Assembly: GCA_030432405.1 (NCBI GenBank)
Contig: JAUIHG010000003.1
Coordinates: 1-58,540, forward strand
Direction of reading: 5' to 3'
DNA length: 58,540 bases
Origin: Bacteroidia bacterium
GTDB lineage: Bacteria > Bacteroidota > Bacteroidia > Chitinophagales > BACL12
The stretch's first letter is position 1; each line of letters starts with the position of its first letter. The notes beneath the pieces are model-generated. The model was given only the letters and a program-made list of their open reading frames with translations, was not told the origin of the DNA and did no database searches. Below, piece after piece: positions 57,859 to 58,540 of this stretch. Position numbers and translations under genes: made by a program.

Positions 57859-58539
57859 TCAGGCCAGGTAGCCTCCGTCAGCGGCATAGGTGCCGCCTGT
57901 GCAGTAGGCCGCAGCGTCCGAGGCCAGGAACAGTGCCAGCGCGGCCACCTCTTCCGGTGTGCCCATGCGGCCGAGCGGCAGTGGGCCGGTAATGCCTTTG
58001 AGGATTTTCTCATTGCTCCACAAGGCCTTGCTGAATTCGGTTTTGATCAGGCCGGGGCAAATGGTATTGACGCGGATGCCCACCGGACCCCACTCCTTGG
58101 CCATGACCTTGCCCAGGCTGATGAGGGCGGCCTTGCTGACGCTGTACAGGCCAAGCATGGGCTCGGGACTGACGCCACCCACGCTGGCCACATTGATGAT
58201 CGAGCCACCGCCGCGTTCCCGCATCCTGGGTTGAAGCGCCCTGGCCAGGGCGAAGGGGCCCTTCACGTTCACCGCCATGATCTTGTCAAAAGCACCTTCG
58301 TCTGCGTCGAGCAGAGGGCCGAAAATGGGGTTCGTGGCTGCGTTATTGACCAAAATGTCTACCCGCGGGTGCGCTGCCAGCACCTCGCCGATGAAGCGGC
58401 GCACAGCGGCCCGATCGCTGAAATCACACGCGTAGGGCGTGAAACTGCGACCCGTGGCGGTGACCGCGTGCGCGACGTGACTATCGGCAGTCAATTTGGT
58501 CGAGACTCCGATGATATCCGCGCCGGCCTCCGCCAGCGC
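57859..58539 (-). CDS. SDR family oxidoreductase, 5'-truncated and possibly chimeric
   Basis: DILVNNA, YSVSK catalytic motif, ICPGLIKT, PLGRMG; the frame is open to the window end. Confidence 0.85.
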   Translation of the reverse strand, partial: ALAEAGADIIGVSTKLTADSHVAHAVTATGRSFTPYACDFSDRAAVRRFIGEVLAAHPRVDILVNNAATNPIFGPLLDADEGAFDKIMAVNVKGPFALARALQPRMRERGGGSIINVASVGGVSPEPMLGLYSVSKAALISLGKVMAKEWGPVGIRVNTICPGLIKTEFSKALWSNEKILKGITGPLPLGRMGTPEEVAALALFLASDAAAYCTGGTYAADGGYLA

Positions 58540-58540
58540 C

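Overview
GC-rich chromosomal window from a Bacteroidota bacterium, inferred from three T9SS C-terminal sorting-domain proteins, TAnnTTTG -7 promoter elements and the DUF4175-anti-sigma-ybeY-mnmG gene order. It is densely coding, with about 53 CDS and no rRNA, tRNA, CRISPR array, transposase or phage genes seen. Housekeeping genes include yebC, trxA, hflX, ybeY, mnmG, purK and purE. A cluster of 4-5 parS palindromes lies just upstream of mnmG, which suggests an origin-proximal region, and a general-stress island (AraC, MscS, Dps, YtxH, DUF1328, CsbD, histidine kinase) lies at about 15.7-21.8 kb. The most interesting signals are: (1) a histidine kinase whose N-terminus aligns without gaps to the ETR1 ethylene/Cu-binding domain, coupled to a single-domain receiver; (2) a circularly permuted ATP-grasp ligase paired with an aspartoacylase-type amidohydrolase; (3) a dispersed palindrome TTCGCC-N3/4-GGCGAA in both intergenic and coding DNA; (4) a strand-composition flip centred on the parS cluster; (5) an apparently chimeric SDR gene at the right end. 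All family calls come from motif recognition by eye; no searches were run.
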